Shown here: piece by piece, positions 1 through 13,773 of the stretch
Numbering within the stretch: position 1 is the stretch's first letter
Layout: each line of letters begins with the position of its first letter
Source: Enoplolaimus lenunculus
Taxonomy: Eukaryota
Assembly (NCBI GenBank): GCA_030248215.1
Contig: JASANG010003765.1
Location: 248,001-312,000 of the forward strand
Length of the DNA: 64,000 nt
Direction: 5' to 3'
The notes under the pieces: generated by a model
What the model was told of the DNA's origin: nothing
Database searches by the model: none
The model's input: the letters and a program-made list of their open reading frames with translations, nothing else
Position numbers and translations under genes: made by a program

Positions 1-206
1 CTCAAAAAATAGACTATTATTAGCTGGACCAGTTTGACAAGTGCAAGTGATAGTGGCACACCACTAAGTTTCCTTAGCCATTTTATAATAAACGATGATA
101 AATTGAGAACAAAATATTGCTTAATAGTGTTACCGTGTCACCTTATGTTTCGCTTCAACAGCCCACTACGCGGCTTCAATGTTTTTTACCAAGAAACTGA
201 ACTTAC

Positions 207-390
207 TACTTTGGCACTTTGATCAGATGGTGTAACATCAACACTTCTCAATGTCCAATACATTGCTGCAAGATCTAACCTATCGGTAGTGGCGTCGATA
301 ATTTGTTTCCATGAAATATCTGTAGGCAAATGGTGAACAATCGGCGATTGATACGTGAGACCTTCAGGAATGCTTACGGTAAGGGATATT
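207..390 (-). CDS. PLD3: PLD3/PLD4-family protein, second coding exon; gene continues beyond the left edge
   Basis: Acceptor TTCAG| at 391, donor |GTAAGT at 206. Translation ISLTVSIPEGLTYQSPIVHHLPTDISWKQIIDATTDRLDLAAMYWTLRSVDVTPSDQSAKV matches the PLD3 pattern SIPEGL...W..L...A...LDIASFYWTL. Not present in the ORF track. Confidence 0.88.
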
Positions 391-777
391 CTGAATCGCC
401 AAAAAAAATTTAAAGCAACTTAACAGCTAAATGTTTAATGTTTTCTAGGAAGACATGGCGTAGAAGTTTGGGTTTGCATATAAAATTACCACAAGATTGT
501 AGTGTCATCAATGGATAATAACGAATAAAGATCTGCAACTGAGTTGAATGTGGGAAAAGTATACGAGAGCCAAATGTAAAAATGCTTACCCTATGCCTAA
601 ATTGAAGCTGTAACGTTATTAGTGTGTGGAAATCTAGAACAATGCCATTCATTTATTAAAGAATTGGCTATAGAGCCGTATACCCTTTACCGTAACCAAT
701 TCAGAAAAGAAAAAAATGTTCGTTGGCTTAAACATTCTACCGCCCTAAATTTATGGCCTTGTTCGATATTTTCTAAC

Positions 778-887
778 CTGCAATCATCTGGGCATACCGG
801 TGGATCATTAGAACAATCTATGGCAGACACAGTTGTCGCAACCACATGCAGAATGCATACCAGGTTAATAACGAAGTTAAACGACAT
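778..887 (-). CDS. PLD3: PLD3/PLD4-family phospholipase D-like nuclease, first coding exon (hydrophobic N-terminus)
   Basis: ATG at 887 reads MSFNFVINLVCILHVVATTVSAIDCSNDPPVCPDDC-R. A phase-2 donor AG|GTTAGA at 777 joins in frame to exon 207-390, giving CPDDCRISLTVSIPEGL, which resembles PLD3 CYDPCEAVLVESIPEGL. The symbol denotes family, not proven orthology. Confidence 0.8.
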
Positions 888-2052
888 ATTGTTTAGGATA
901 AATGCTGATTAATGACTAACCAATGAAGTAAAATCCCCATACGTTGAACTGTCTTAAAACATTTTTTGAACGCGCATTTCATTTTCATTAATGCGAGCCG
1001 TGAATAAGTTGTGCGAAAGAAGTAGAAAGTATCATACCAAAGACCTATGACCTCCTTCGTAAGCCCTAGCCCAAGCAAAAAAATATAGTTTAAATATAAA
1101 GCTTGCTCTTTTGCAGTCGCACAGAAAAACGTATCTCCTCTGATCTTTACATGCGCCGAAGCTTACAGAAATTTAGTTTAACACCACTTTAATTATTAAC
1201 GGCTTTATTTCCGTTCGGCGTTTGCTAAAAATGGTCGGATGTTGAACAATTCCAAAATTAATTTTTAATATTTTAAAAATTCGGTTATTTCAGCCCCAAG
1301 ATTCTTCTCCCGTGGATTCGAAAAATTTGCGAAAAAAAGTTTAATAATTTATATATTATTCAATGTCGCTTGCCGAGTTGAATAAAACGGTGTTAAATTT
1401 TCAACATTGCACTAGTGGTTAACGAGTTCGAGTGGAATAACTAACTAATTTGGCTCGCTGCCAACGATCTGGAATCCTGCCCGATCAGTAAAATTTGTTT
1501 CATTGACCATTCGTCTGATCGTAAAAAAATTTAACACCATTCTACTCAATTGCTCAAGCTGCGTCGACATGAATATCTAGAATTAAGGTTATACCAAAGC
1601 CAGTTAAAACTATTAGTGTCTCTAAAAATTTCGGAAGGGCACATATCATCTTTACCCCATCCCTGCTATACGCTCGTGCGTAACATTAGCCTAAGCCTAT
1701 TTCTGTTTAAGCCTAGGCCTCAGAGTAAAGTACAATCACCGACCAAGGGACACCTGGTGTGACAGGACAACACCCTTATAAAAACTAGCGAAAACTCAAG
1801 TTTTATGATAGAATTTAAAACATTTAATGAAAAAAATGAGCGACCCTAGAGAACAATAGTGTTCGCGTCCGCGTACAAGTTATGTTAAAAGTTAAACCGT
1901 TGCTGAATGTTATGTAAATACGTCAAGGACACAACAAACTACTGTGTGCACTAAAATATATTTGTCTCCATAAATATAAAAATGCAGTAAAATGATTACT
2001 TATTACTGTTTATTTTGTGTTTAAGCGATTAAACGGCTTAATAGTAAGTAAC

Positions 2053-2240
2053 CAGTGCCGGGGCTGAACGGGGTCAGGGCTCCCCCCCAAACTCCAGGGT
2101 GGGAGCCCCCAAAGTCGCGAGCGAGAAGCGAGACGCATTTTACAGCTTTGGCGATTTTTGTTTCATCCGGTTAGGGTAGGGGCCCCTTTAGGGGTGCCCC
2201 CTTCCATATGGGGTTATGGGAGGCGGCTGCTCCGGTCCTG
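2053..2240 (+). mobile_element. hAT-like MITE (same family as 26748-26939)
   Basis: CAGTGCCGG...CTCCGGTCCTG with the GCGAGCGAGAAGC motif. Confidence 0.75.
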
Positions 2241-2398
2241 ATAGCAACAGACTGATATACAGACTGTGGTCTAATGAAAGCTGCAGCGTTGGGCTTTTGA
2301 AGTATAAAACTACAATATCGTGTATTAATGAAGCGATACAATTGGCATCAAAATAATACAGTATTAAAATGTAGCACACTTTGGCCCATACTCTCAAA

Positions 2399-3155
2399 CA
2401 GGGTTGTTTTTTCCGAAAAAATTATGACCGGTAAAAATGATTTTTTTTTAATTTTTTTCCGGAAGAAAATAAAAAAATGGAAAAAAATTCATTCTTTGTA
2501 AGTGATCGATGATCTTAACCTTAGTCGGTTTTTGCCCAAAAATGTTTGCATTTTGAAACTTTTTGCAAATGTGAGCTTCTGATGACATCTCGTGATTATT
2601 CCAAGACCATATATGAATTTTTGAAAAATTCGATTTTTACGGCCACAAGTTCAGCCCCTTGGCACCTAAAATTATTCTTCGATAAGTTGGACAAATTATA
2701 TATCACTGACTCGTTAGCCAGACGTCTCATGGGAAACATGTAACAATCACACTTCTTTTTATAAGTAAATATTAAATCCCAAGACACTTGCGTTTTTTAC
2801 GTCAAAGCCTCTCAATTGCTGCAACCTCGCGAGCAAAGCGAGGTTGGAGCTAGACGTATTCTTGTGTCAAATCATTCGGTAAAAGCAAGCTTTCAATTTT
2901 GAGCGCACTAACTTTGGCTTCAATGTCGACGAAACCTGGTAAGTGAACCGAGCTAGATGACAACCCCTCAAAGTAACATTGGCCATGTGTTGCATGAAAA
3001 TTAGTTACACGTCTAAAAACGTTATTTTATGTCATATTTAGTTGCAAATTATATTTAAGAATCGTTTAATATTTTTCCATTTTTCCCACCCCCCTCGGAA
3101 AAAAATGAAAAAAAAAACATTTTTTCCGGTAATTTTTTTCCGGCCAACAACCCAA
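2399..3155. mobile_element. Possible hAT-like non-autonomous element
   Basis: CAGGGTTGTT...AACAACCC ends, subterminal TTTTCCGG motifs, and flanks CTCTCAAA/TTCTCGAA. Confidence 0.45.
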
Positions 3156-4204
3156 TTCTCGAATATGTATAGCAACAAGCATCAATTAGTAACAGGTTTT
3201 CTAACTTATTAACTACCACAGTTTATTAAACTCAAAATTGACACAGCAGTAGAGCAAATCATATGCTAAAAACATTCTTCATTTTAAGTCTCAACATTTA
3301 CTGGTTTGAAAGTTACAAGACCACCAGCGGTCACCCTTTTGTACTCTTTTGTCATAGCGTAATCCACTCTTGATATAACTGACATGCCGAGAAAACGATA
3401 ATTGCACGTTCTCCGTTTGCGAAATTTTTTATTGTTATTAACAAATTTGGACTATTTCGTTATCGTCGTGGAAGATAGCAAATGGGCGTTTTGGGTTTTT
3501 CCGTCCAGCCGGCATTCGCCCAAAAATGGGTTCGAACATTGTCGTTGCGTTTGCCCACCGGAAGTTATGCAGAAATGATAATTTTATGTAATGTACCAGT
3601 TTCAGTGTCTCGCAAGGCTTGTGTTGATTTAGCCAACTCATTTTGCTGGGGGGGGGTAAAAATTTTCAAGAAGGGCGCAAGCGTTTTGGAAGATTCATTA
3701 TACACGCAAGTTTAAAAATTTGCTACGGAGATCAAAATTTTTCCAAGAATTGCTGAGTCCCCCTGCGTCTTCTCAGGCTTCGGGCCGGCAACAGGAATCA
3801 AAACAAACCCTTGTTAAAGATTTATTATGAAATTGTGTTTGGCTTCTCGCTCACTTAACTCGCGAACTTTTATCACTGGTAGATATCTGGCCGTTCCCGT
3901 CAGAAATTTCTGTATTCGGCGCTTGATTTCGTACAAAATGTAATTTAATTCTCGATGACAATGTTTCTTCTACCAGTTCGAAGCCTTTATCACACCTTAC
4001 AAATCGCTGTTCGGACGATTGACCGCCTTAAAAATGCATCGTCAGCGTTTCGCCGATATGTTTAGGTTTATGCAGAATTAACCAATTAAAATATGCCACC
4101 TCTAAAATTGTCTTGATCCCTGAAATTTCATCATTGCTACGTGCCTGGTGTACACTTTCCTACACTTTCCTCCGTATTTAAAAGTTGAAGTGTACATTTA
4201 GGTA

Positions 4205-4413
4205 CACTGCAATCAATGGTGACTCAAATCGACTTCTCCGAGATAGACTCTACCGGACTACACAAACTGAGTCAAATTCGACTCCACCAGAGTTAAACGT
4301 GCGACTCAGTGAGTCGAATTTGACTCTGTCGGAGTCGAATTTGACTCAGATTGTGTTGTCCCGTACAGCCTATTTCGGAGAGAGTCAATTTGACTCACCA
4401 TTTTTTTGCAGTG
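4205..4413. mobile_element. TA-flanked palindromic MITE rich in GAGTC/GACTC
   Basis: TA|CACTGCAA...TTGCAGTG|TA. A second, 5'-truncated copy lies at 22570-22764 (TMEM45 intron 4). Confidence 0.75.
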
Positions 4414-7400
4414 TAAACCTAAGCGCAAGTCTGTAAAGAAGAAGTGTTCAAGGGACATTTTTGCGTTGAAAAAAACTGCATGGTTATGCATCTTAAAACA
4501 AAACAACTAAATATATAAACAGCTTCAGAAATGATACCGAAACAATGCCTTGCGTTTCCCCAAACCACTGATAATTATAATAACAGTTTTTGCACCTTTT
4601 TATACGTTGTTGAAATGTGCGTTGTGAACAAAATACAACAGTTGTTCCGCCGCAAAACGATGCAGTTTTTTAAGAAGTAGCGTGTCAAAAGTTGAACTTT
4701 TAAACGTTTCTTTAGCTTACTTCCTAGGACCTATGTGGAACTCCCATCCAATATAAAAGATCAACTTGCACTGGAGGAACAAAAGGGGGCCAGCTCGTCC
4801 TAGCCCCCTTTCAGCAGGAATCAAAAGAAAATTAAGATCGTCCATACAAAACCGATCACTTTTTGGCTGCTATTCGTGACAAAGTAAAAGAAATAAAATT
4901 CTGACAACGCAGAACAACTCTCCTAATCGTTGGCATTCTGAAGACGCCAAAATTTATATCAAAACCTCTTATTTTGACTTCCGTGTCCACCCACGATTTT
5001 TAACTAATTTGTAAAAACCTTAATGTTTCTTACTGAAACACTGGAATGACGCTAATCACCGTAAAAACGTACGCTGGTAAACACAACTTTTACAAACACC
5101 ACGGTCAGTTTAAAGAGAATCGCTATACCTACGTGTGTATACGTGTCCTTGTTTTGATACGCTTTGAGCTCACTGCGCTAGATTGCAACGCGCTGAGCAT
5201 TGTCCACATAGCCCGAGTGTCCATAGAAAACCAGTTTACCGTAGAGCTAAAATGGCGTACGACGTCTCTTTTGCAAATTACTTTCCACTTTATATCTTGC
5301 GCGAGCCAATAATGTTTTGGAAATTTCTGGATCTTCTAGTTATGTGAATTAGTGAATTCTGCGGAAACTTCAACACTCGAAGAATACGAAACTCCGACGA
5401 TTGTTGAAATCTATCTTGTTCAGAATTTTTATTTGCACGTAACTTGCACAGTTGGGCATTACTCCACTCTTACCCACCTGTTCATACATTTAAGTCTAAG
5501 ATTTAGGCTTTAGTCAAAGGCTCATGCAAAGGCTTAAGCTTAGCATATTTTCCGCTGCATTTATGCTTTATGCTTATGGTAATCAGTAGTGACCCGAATG
5601 AAAGAAGGGACTGATGTTTTTTACCAATCCAGAGGGTACTCCCTTTTGTTCGGTTTCGGACAGTTATTAATATTTAATTCAACCCATGTTAGTTGGAGCC
5701 AGCACTACACGCTAGACACGTACCCGCGGGTAAACGCGGGCTGGGTAAGAAAGTGCTGACGCTACATATTTATCTCCGCGAGTTGAATCATTCCTGTTTG
5801 TTACTTATAAAGTTTTGTGATGTACACCGAGGTCAAGCGATTACGTATTATTAATATTAATATACTAAAAAACTTACCAAATTTTTCTTGACCGCAAATA
5901 GTAATGTTGGGTATAGGTGGGTAGCGGTAAAGCAATTTTGCGCGGGTATACCCGAGGGTAAAAAAATGAAACTTCCGCAAGTAAGGCGCGGCCGGGTAAG
6001 TAAAGAAATCTTTACCCTAAACCTCCGGTTGGACCCATAACCCATCTTATATTCTTTCTTTTGGAAAGAACTGACTTGCTCTTAAGCACTTTTGTTGATT
6101 GCCATCGTCGTTAATATTTTTTCTTGTGTCAATAAAGTTTACAGGAAGTTATGGGAGATTTCCGAGAGTCTGCTATATTATTCGGACAGTGTAGGCCATC
6201 CTGCTTTGGTCTGTTCTATGCACTCTAACTACAACTTAAGGCGTCTGCCCACTAACGAATTCAATTAGGAATACAAACTACTATTGATTGGGAATCAAAA
6301 TGGAAACCCCTCTTAATGCCCACTCCATGTTATTTGCGTCACAGCTGTAAACTCAGTCTTACGTTGAGATAAGAGTTAAAATGGCCCTGTACTAAATTTT
6401 TTAAAATTGATTTGCAGCGCAATGCTGCAGTATAAACACGTGCGTTGCGGTACGTTGCCAGACGAAATTAACAAAGTCGAAAAGTATAAGATGCATCCGT
6501 AAAGGCCTAAAGTAAAAGCCATTTCGTAACCGCGTAATTTTTACTACATTGTGCGTATACCAAGTCCAACACTATTGTCGAATTCGTATATAACCCTTTG
6601 GCTCATGTACAATTTTCACCACTGGTTTAGGCTTAGGCTTAGGTTTAGGAGCCATAGGCTTATGCTCAGGTTTCCACAAAGTATAACAAAAAAACTAAGC
6701 AGCCTCTGCGTTAACTTTTTCCTTACAGCCTATGCCTGGCCGCAAGCGTAAAAAGCCTATAAGCCTTAATCATTAAATATGGGGCGGAAGGTGTCCAAGA
6801 ACTAACCATTTAATAAAGATATATACCACAGGTTCACAAGCTATTATATGCCATTAAAATAAGTATAAATGCTTTTAGATCGTTATTACTGATCAATTGC
6901 TTGTATCAGAATAGTCGAACGCTAAAAAGCGGTACAGTTTTTTCATATTAACGTAACACCATGGCCTTGTAGCCATGCCGTTGACAAGTTTCTCTCAGAA
7001 TAAAAGCGCACATTTGGTACCTGGAGCAATAACGGCTAAGGGAGGCCGCAGTTCTTCTAGAACACATTTTGAGTCGTGGGGCCTGCAAGTTTTGAACTCG
7101 CTTGTTAGTCATCTTTCAATCGTTGCAAGCCCCTGATGAAAATATTTTATCTCTCGTACCATATCAAAGCTGGCTGTAGGCCTAGCACGTTTGTTACCCA
7201 AAAGATAAGGGGGTTAGCATTCCGTTTTAACAAAGCAGAGTTTTCCCATTGCGGTTTTTCCGTAAAACTTCGGTGAACGGTGATAAAAACCATTTTGAAC
7301 CTCATTATCAGCTACAGGCAGGTTGTTCATTAGTTGACACACCGCTAAATTTTTTCTACTAAAATAAAAATACTCATAAACATAGTCTCTCGTTCGGTAA

Positions 7401-8733
7401 GCATCTTTATTGGACTGTTTATATCATGTCCTTTTATAGCACCTTTAGCTTTTATTTCTTTTAACCTTGAACACAAAGAATGCTAACAGTGCCTTGAGCT
7501 ATTTTGAGCGTTGAAATGTGTGTTTTTTGAATCAAAGACCGTTTAGACGTGTTTGCCTTAAAAAGCTTCAACCTTTCAACCGTATATAAAACGATGTATA
7601 GTTGACTTGAGGTTATATACATACGGTTTCTATACATGTATACATATAAATATGTATACAATGGTGGATCCAAGGTTGTATATCGGGGGATGTATCCCCT
7701 TCACCGGCCCTATAGTTTTGAAATGTTTGTGATGCAAATAGTTCATCTGAAGCTCACTTTGCGTGTTATGGCAAACAAAAGCTAAAAATATGGGTGGTTA
7801 TTACTGAAATTCAAAATATTTACCACCGAAGAATCCTGGTCCACCAAAGTTAAGCGAAACATTTCTTATGGACAATGGGAGCTAACCTCCTGATACATGA
7901 AGATTGTCTAATAATCTGACAGCAGAGTGCAACTGTAATACCGGTTCCGATTAGGAAAGCCGCATTTTTCAGTATCCGGTATGGTATTAAATCCGGCACT
8001 ATTTCACCGGATTTTTAAGGTATGCTCTGCTCGCTGTTTATAAGTTTAACGTGACATGCTAACGTGCCGAAAAAAGTCGTATGAGGGGTATTATATATTC
8101 TAAGTGAAGTTGTGCCAAAATTTAGTTTTTCGGCAATAGTTATTTTGTACTATTTTGTCCCGGTGCCGGTAGAAAATCCGATACGTTTGCTTTCCGGCTT
8201 CGTTTCCGGAAAATTGTATTTCCGTTTGCCTGACAAGCAGTAAATTTTATCCGACTTTAGCTTAACTTTTTTGAACAGATGCATACAAATACTCTCGCTA
8301 TTCAAAAACTCATACACACTATAACTTCTTCTTGAAGTCGTTTTTTGTATTCTTCGGTTTCACATAAGCTTTAATTGGGGTTTGTTGTGAGTTTGGTTTG
8401 AAACCATTTCTCTGAGGAATTTTTCTGCTACAAATGTATGCCGCATAATTTATCATATTCTGAAATAATCAGAACATAACCGGGGCAAGTAATATTTGAC
8501 AAGAAAATGGAATTATTTTTTTATAACTTTTTAACTTGTTGCCGAGTTTCAATCCGTTTGAATTATTTATATACAACTTTTGATTGTCATAATCTTCAAA
8601 GCAATTTGCTATTAGACGCAGTCATCAGAATTGAACGGGAAATATCAGGGGCGTATAAGTAAAAAGAGATGTATTGAGGGTGTTGGAACAATACTGTCTG
8701 GACAACCCCTGTTTGAAGTTTTGCTCAAAGCTT

Positions 8734-8807
8734 AGAGACACGCCGGGCATCGAACGTCGGCCCTCTTGCGCTCGAGTTGATCATGCTACCACTACACCAT
8801 GTCGCTG
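8734..8807 (-). pseudogene. tRNA-derived degenerate sequence (SINE head or tRNA pseudogene)
   Basis: On minus: A-box-like TGGTGTAGTGG, B-box-like GTTCGATGC and a 6/7 acceptor-like stem, but no pairing anticodon arm. Confidence 0.5.
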
Positions 8808-10151
8808 TAGTAACTTCTAATACGGATATATGTGCACACATCACATGTATGGCAATCTTTGCTCTACATACACTTGCCGTGCTACACATACCGGCGGAGG
8901 TGTTAAACGTATGTCCTTCCGAAATTTTTGGAGAGACAAAAAATAACTTTAACGGAGTTTAGAATAGCCTACCCTCCACAGCTGAAATTCTGGTTACGCC
9001 CCTGAAAGGGGTACATGACCTGGCAAATAGTCAATCTAGTGGTTTGAAAATTAGATTTTGATGATCTAACCATATTGCCGTTTACTTAATTTTGTTTAAC
9101 GAAACGAGTTAAGCACTAATAAAATACTCTACAGCGAGCGGCACTCCAAGTTACATTCAATTTGATTTGAGGTAAGAATACTTCAATTGACAATGGACAC
9201 GTCGTGGGTTCCGGCCGCCGATGCCATTAAATAGATTTTCCCTGTGTTTTTGATAGCAACGTTTACCCAGCGGCCGCGACACAGTAAATTATAGCGCAAC
9301 CCTTACAGTATAAATAAAAGCATAACAATTGAATTAGCATCGTGCACAATAAATTTTTGCAAATGAAAATTCTGTTTGTACTGTTTAAATCAAAAATTTA
9401 TTATAATCAGCTGTTATCATGAAGCGTTATCCTAAATGCGTTTTTGCATCACCAATCATCAGTGTGCAATAGGTTTCATGAACAGCCCAAATATCGCTAC
9501 CACGAATCTCAAACTTCGCAGAGTATAAAACGATTGAAACATTATGGTGAATGCGAACTATGACAAATTTTAAACTTGTGTCCATTCGTTCAAAAGCTAA
9601 GAAACCTATCACCAACTGGCAGCTAGAGATAGGTGCCGCACACAGTTGAGATTACTGGCACAGAAAACAAAGTCTGCCACTTGTCACTCTATGAGCCAAC
9701 AGTCACTTTGGGGTCTCCTATACGGGATTAGGCACATAAAAACACACGCTCCGTTTTTTTCCTGTATTCGCTTTATATATTGAACCAGTATAATATACCA
9801 GCCGTACTGTATTTTGTGATGTCATATAAAAAAATGTCGTAGTTTTGAACGTGTACCAATACCAAACTTTATGCTTGCTTATACTATGTTTAGTTTGCTG
9901 TATGAGTTTGCTATTTGGGCGGACAGACTCTGCTACTTGGTAGCTTGTAGAATATTTAGTTTTACATTACTTTGTCTCGTATAATTCATAATTCGAAAAC
10001 TTAAAGCCTGTTTCTATTAGCATTTGTCTTTGAACGAAATTTGTTTTGTATCGATTTCTGTCGTGATCAGACGTTTTTAGTAGCAAAGGTTACTGTTTGA
10101 GAGTTCAACGAAGGAATCCAAGAGTATATACGTCTTCTCTGTTTCAGATTT

Positions 10152-10332
10152 CGGCCAATGTAAAGAACAGCCAAAGCCTAAGCCTAAGGTAAGCCTAAGC
10201 GTAAGAATGAGCATATTCCTCAGTGTAAGCCATAACCTATGCCTAAACCAGGCAAAAATTAGTCTAAACCTTAAACTTAGTCTATTCTAGTCCCACAGAA
10301 AAACGTTCCGCCCCTCATCTTTAGATGGGCCC
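10152..10332 (+). mobile_element. TTAGGC-type MITE copy
   Basis: CGGCCAATGTAAAGA...TCTTTAGATGGGCCC with GCCTAA arrays. AGATTT occurs on both flanks (possible TSD). Confidence 0.7.
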
Positions 10333-13058
10333 AGATTTCTTCCAATCTCAAATGCTTCGCTGCGCCAATATAGGCGAGAAATTTGAACGATTCTGTGTTA
10401 TCTTTTCAGAATCGAAGGCAGTGCACAGTAGGTTTGAAAACTTTCATCTGTTTAAAGCAAATTGGTGTTAATATTACAATTTGAGTTGAAAACTATTATA
10501 TATCTCATGACGCGGATGCTTTACCAGCTTTGAAATTTTCTGTTGTTATTTATGAGTCAAACACAATGCCATTTGAGCAACACGGCTGCGTGCTTTACAA
10601 TGTTTACATATCACACGCATCTTTTGTATTTCATAACTCCAAATTAATAGTTTGTTTTTATTCTCGCATCTGTGTTTCTGATTCCTGTGCCTGGTTAAAC
10701 TAACATGAATGGGTTTTGACACCACAGGTCGTTTAGGTTAACAATTTTCCAATAACTGTAGCGTTTTTAAATGTCGTTGAAGAAGTTGGAAAGCTTAAGA
10801 ATTTTTAATTTTATTAGCACGCGATTGTCGTTGAAGCGTAAACATCAGTTCAGTGTTAAAATATTTGATCCGGTACGTGAAAAAGTACCCACGCTTGGCC
10901 AAATGCAGATTTGGTTTCACATCGATCCCAGGTATTTTAGAAATTTATAACCGGTCAGTGTTAGTACTAGCAGCTATATTGCTTTCTATCTATATTGACT
11001 AGGCAACACGAATCCATGGTGGTATCTCTTGCAAGCTTGTAACCAGTAACTGTAGACAGTGTAGGGCGATTTACAGGTGAAGCAAGTTCAAGAGGTTTTT
11101 TCGCAGAATTCATTTACTGCTGTCAATTTTTCAGCCAGGAGAGATGCGCAAAGACATTCGTAGCAGGGATGGTGCTTCAGCCTTTTCCCCATCGCGGGAA
11201 CGGTTGCTGCGGACCTCATCTTTTTGTTTGTTTCGTGTTAAGGTGTTTGAGTGGGCGGTAGAGTTGCGATAAACTTTTGATTTTTTTGCTGTATGATGTG
11301 GACAACGCAAATTTCTTTCCACCATATATACAACCTCGCAGTTGATAATTTTATTGTTCGACAATAAGGATCAGAAGCATTAGGATTGTGCGATACTTTA
11401 CTAGTGCTGCACGACGCCGTGCGGCGCTGTCCGTCTCCGAACAGCGAATCGCGTCGCGCATAGCTCATCCGTTACTGCCTTTATCGGCTAAACGCTGAGG
11501 ATATTAGATCAAGATATACGTCGGATTCTCCAATAGCACCTGAAATGTTTGGTTTTATTTGTCCACAAAAAACGAGTCGGGGAGATTTTATTATATTTTA
11601 CCAAAAATACAATTGCTATTGTTTTTTATTAATCCAACGATTTGACATTCGGCGATATATCCTTTAGGCTAAATAAATCTATATACTAAATTTTGGAATA
11701 ATGGGCGTTTTTGCCTAAGGGCCTTCAATGAAAACCAACGTCAGTATTGTCGCTTGGGTCAATAAAATAGCATTGGTGTAGTTTAGGTTTAACGGAAATA
11801 TGTTTAAGGGTTGTACAATGCGCTATACCTACTTGTCGTCCGGCGCAGTCCGTAACCATATGGTCGGCGCGGACAGCACCGGACGGCACCGAAATAATTA
11901 AAAATTATAGCGCAACCATTAATTTGACAATAAATTTTTGCGTATAAGTCTTTTAAAATTTTTGATGAGGTGCATAGAGAGTCTGGTTGTTATTTGTGGT
12001 TCGATTTTGCATTATACAGTGGCGTATCGAGGAAGTTAAAATCCCAAAGCTTGAGGTTTTAGCCAATGAATGAAAGCAGATTGGAAGTTCGCGCCTTCTT
12101 TGTACCCATATCGGCATGCGCCTGGTTTTATGATACCTCAATCTGAATATCAGTTGTAACATCGCTCTTACGCTAAACATACCATATCAAATAAAATAGG
12201 TCAAAATTTTAAAGATTGCTTTTATGGTAAATTTGTCACTTCCGATTCCGATTTGATTTTTTGACAACAAATTTTTTGGCATTTTTAAATGGAGTACATC
12301 TAAATCGTAGACGATTTTATTTTGTTATTCGAAATTCAAAATTCGACGGGCCCGCAACCACGGGGGAGGGGGTGCCGCCCACTGTACAAGCACTTGGGCC
12401 CCCTATGGCCGAACATATTTTGAACTGCAGTTATATAGAATTCTGTGTTAGAGGAATTTTGCTTGTTCTCGCGGGAAATGTTCTTGCCTACTTTACTAAC
12501 CAAATTTCTGGTTGCGAGCTTTCGTTGGGTTATTTAGTTTTTCTTAATAGATTTTGCACCAGCTGGTTGCTCTTCGTTGTGCGCAAAGGATTTGTGCCTT
12601 GAAATCAATCACGCGAAGTATTGCTGCCGGTAAGGTCCCTTGGGGTTTATGTGGAACATGTTCTATTTAAGAACATTTTTCTTCTGAGGTAAAACACTCG
12701 GCGGATACTGTTGTTTCGCGCAAATCGCAAATGTTTCTTTGGGCCCTAAACAGGTATTTCTAGCGAGTCATAAAAGGTAGAGTGGTAACATGCCACCGAA
12801 AACGGTTGTACGCAGTGGGGGATATGTCGTCAGACACTTCTATAAACAATCGAAAATAGGCACTTAATGACTGTTGAATACCCGCAAATGTCAGAAACTT
12901 TTTCGTTTGCTACGCTCATTGACAAAACACTTAAACACGTAATGATCCCCTTCGCAATCAAAATCAAATTCAACATTCTTTTAACTTTTATGCTCACATA
13001 TCCGTTTTCCGTCCGGTTACCACTCGTTTACAATTTGTTTATAGTTAATACTCGCTAA

Positions 13059-13773
13059 AGCACTATTTACACATGCATGTTTTTGCAGCAAAAATTGCAC
13101 ATGCAACTTTCATGTGCAACTTTTATGATAAAACAGCTTTCAAGTTTTTGTAGCTGCAAATTGTTCACTGGAATTTATGTTACTTAATTTAATTCGCACG
13201 TGTAAATGCAGTTGAATATCGCTTGAATTTCTTGTATATTTACATTTTGATAGGTACCCGGAAACTGTAGCGCTTTTTTGAAATAATTCAAACTTTTTGA
13301 ATTAATGCAACGATCTTGAATTAATTCGAATATCAAACTTGTTTGATATTTAGCAGTCAACATCGATGGTGACTGGGCTAGTATTACATGTGTTGGGAAA
13401 TATATAAATTAAAATTCTAGGACTTGAAAGCATTTTCAACTAAAGAAATTACGTGTAAAGCCTCTTTCGAGCATGAATGTTTCCTGTACATGAACCTGCC
13501 TACGGCATTTTCAGCTGCAAATTTGATGAATATGTGCTAGGAGTCAATTCATATACATGAATAGCTGTGGAAGTCAAACAATTCTTCATCATTGACTGAA
13601 CTAATAATTTATACTTTGTGTTGGTATTTTTAACTGGAAATTATTAATATAAATTCATGTCAAGTTTCAGAATTAAAATATTTCTTTGCAAATACATGCA
13701 GTTGCAAGTAAAACTCGTTGCAAGTTGCAGCTGCTAGTTCTCGCTGCAAAAGTTTGCACGTGTGAATAGGACT
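13059..13773. mobile_element. PIF/Harbinger-like non-autonomous element
   Basis: TAA|AGCACTATTTACACATGCA...TGCACGTGTGAATAGGACT|TAA: imperfect TIRs with a 3-bp TAA duplication. Confidence 0.6.

Noticed and set aside
687..777. 3' half of ORF 687-887 as an LRR N-cap
   Set aside because: Splicing at 777 gives a much better PLD3-family match, so this part is intron.
8734..8807. Functional tRNA gene (also 52150-52220)
   Set aside because: The anticodon arm does not pair and the T-arm is degenerate; treated as tRNA-derived relics.
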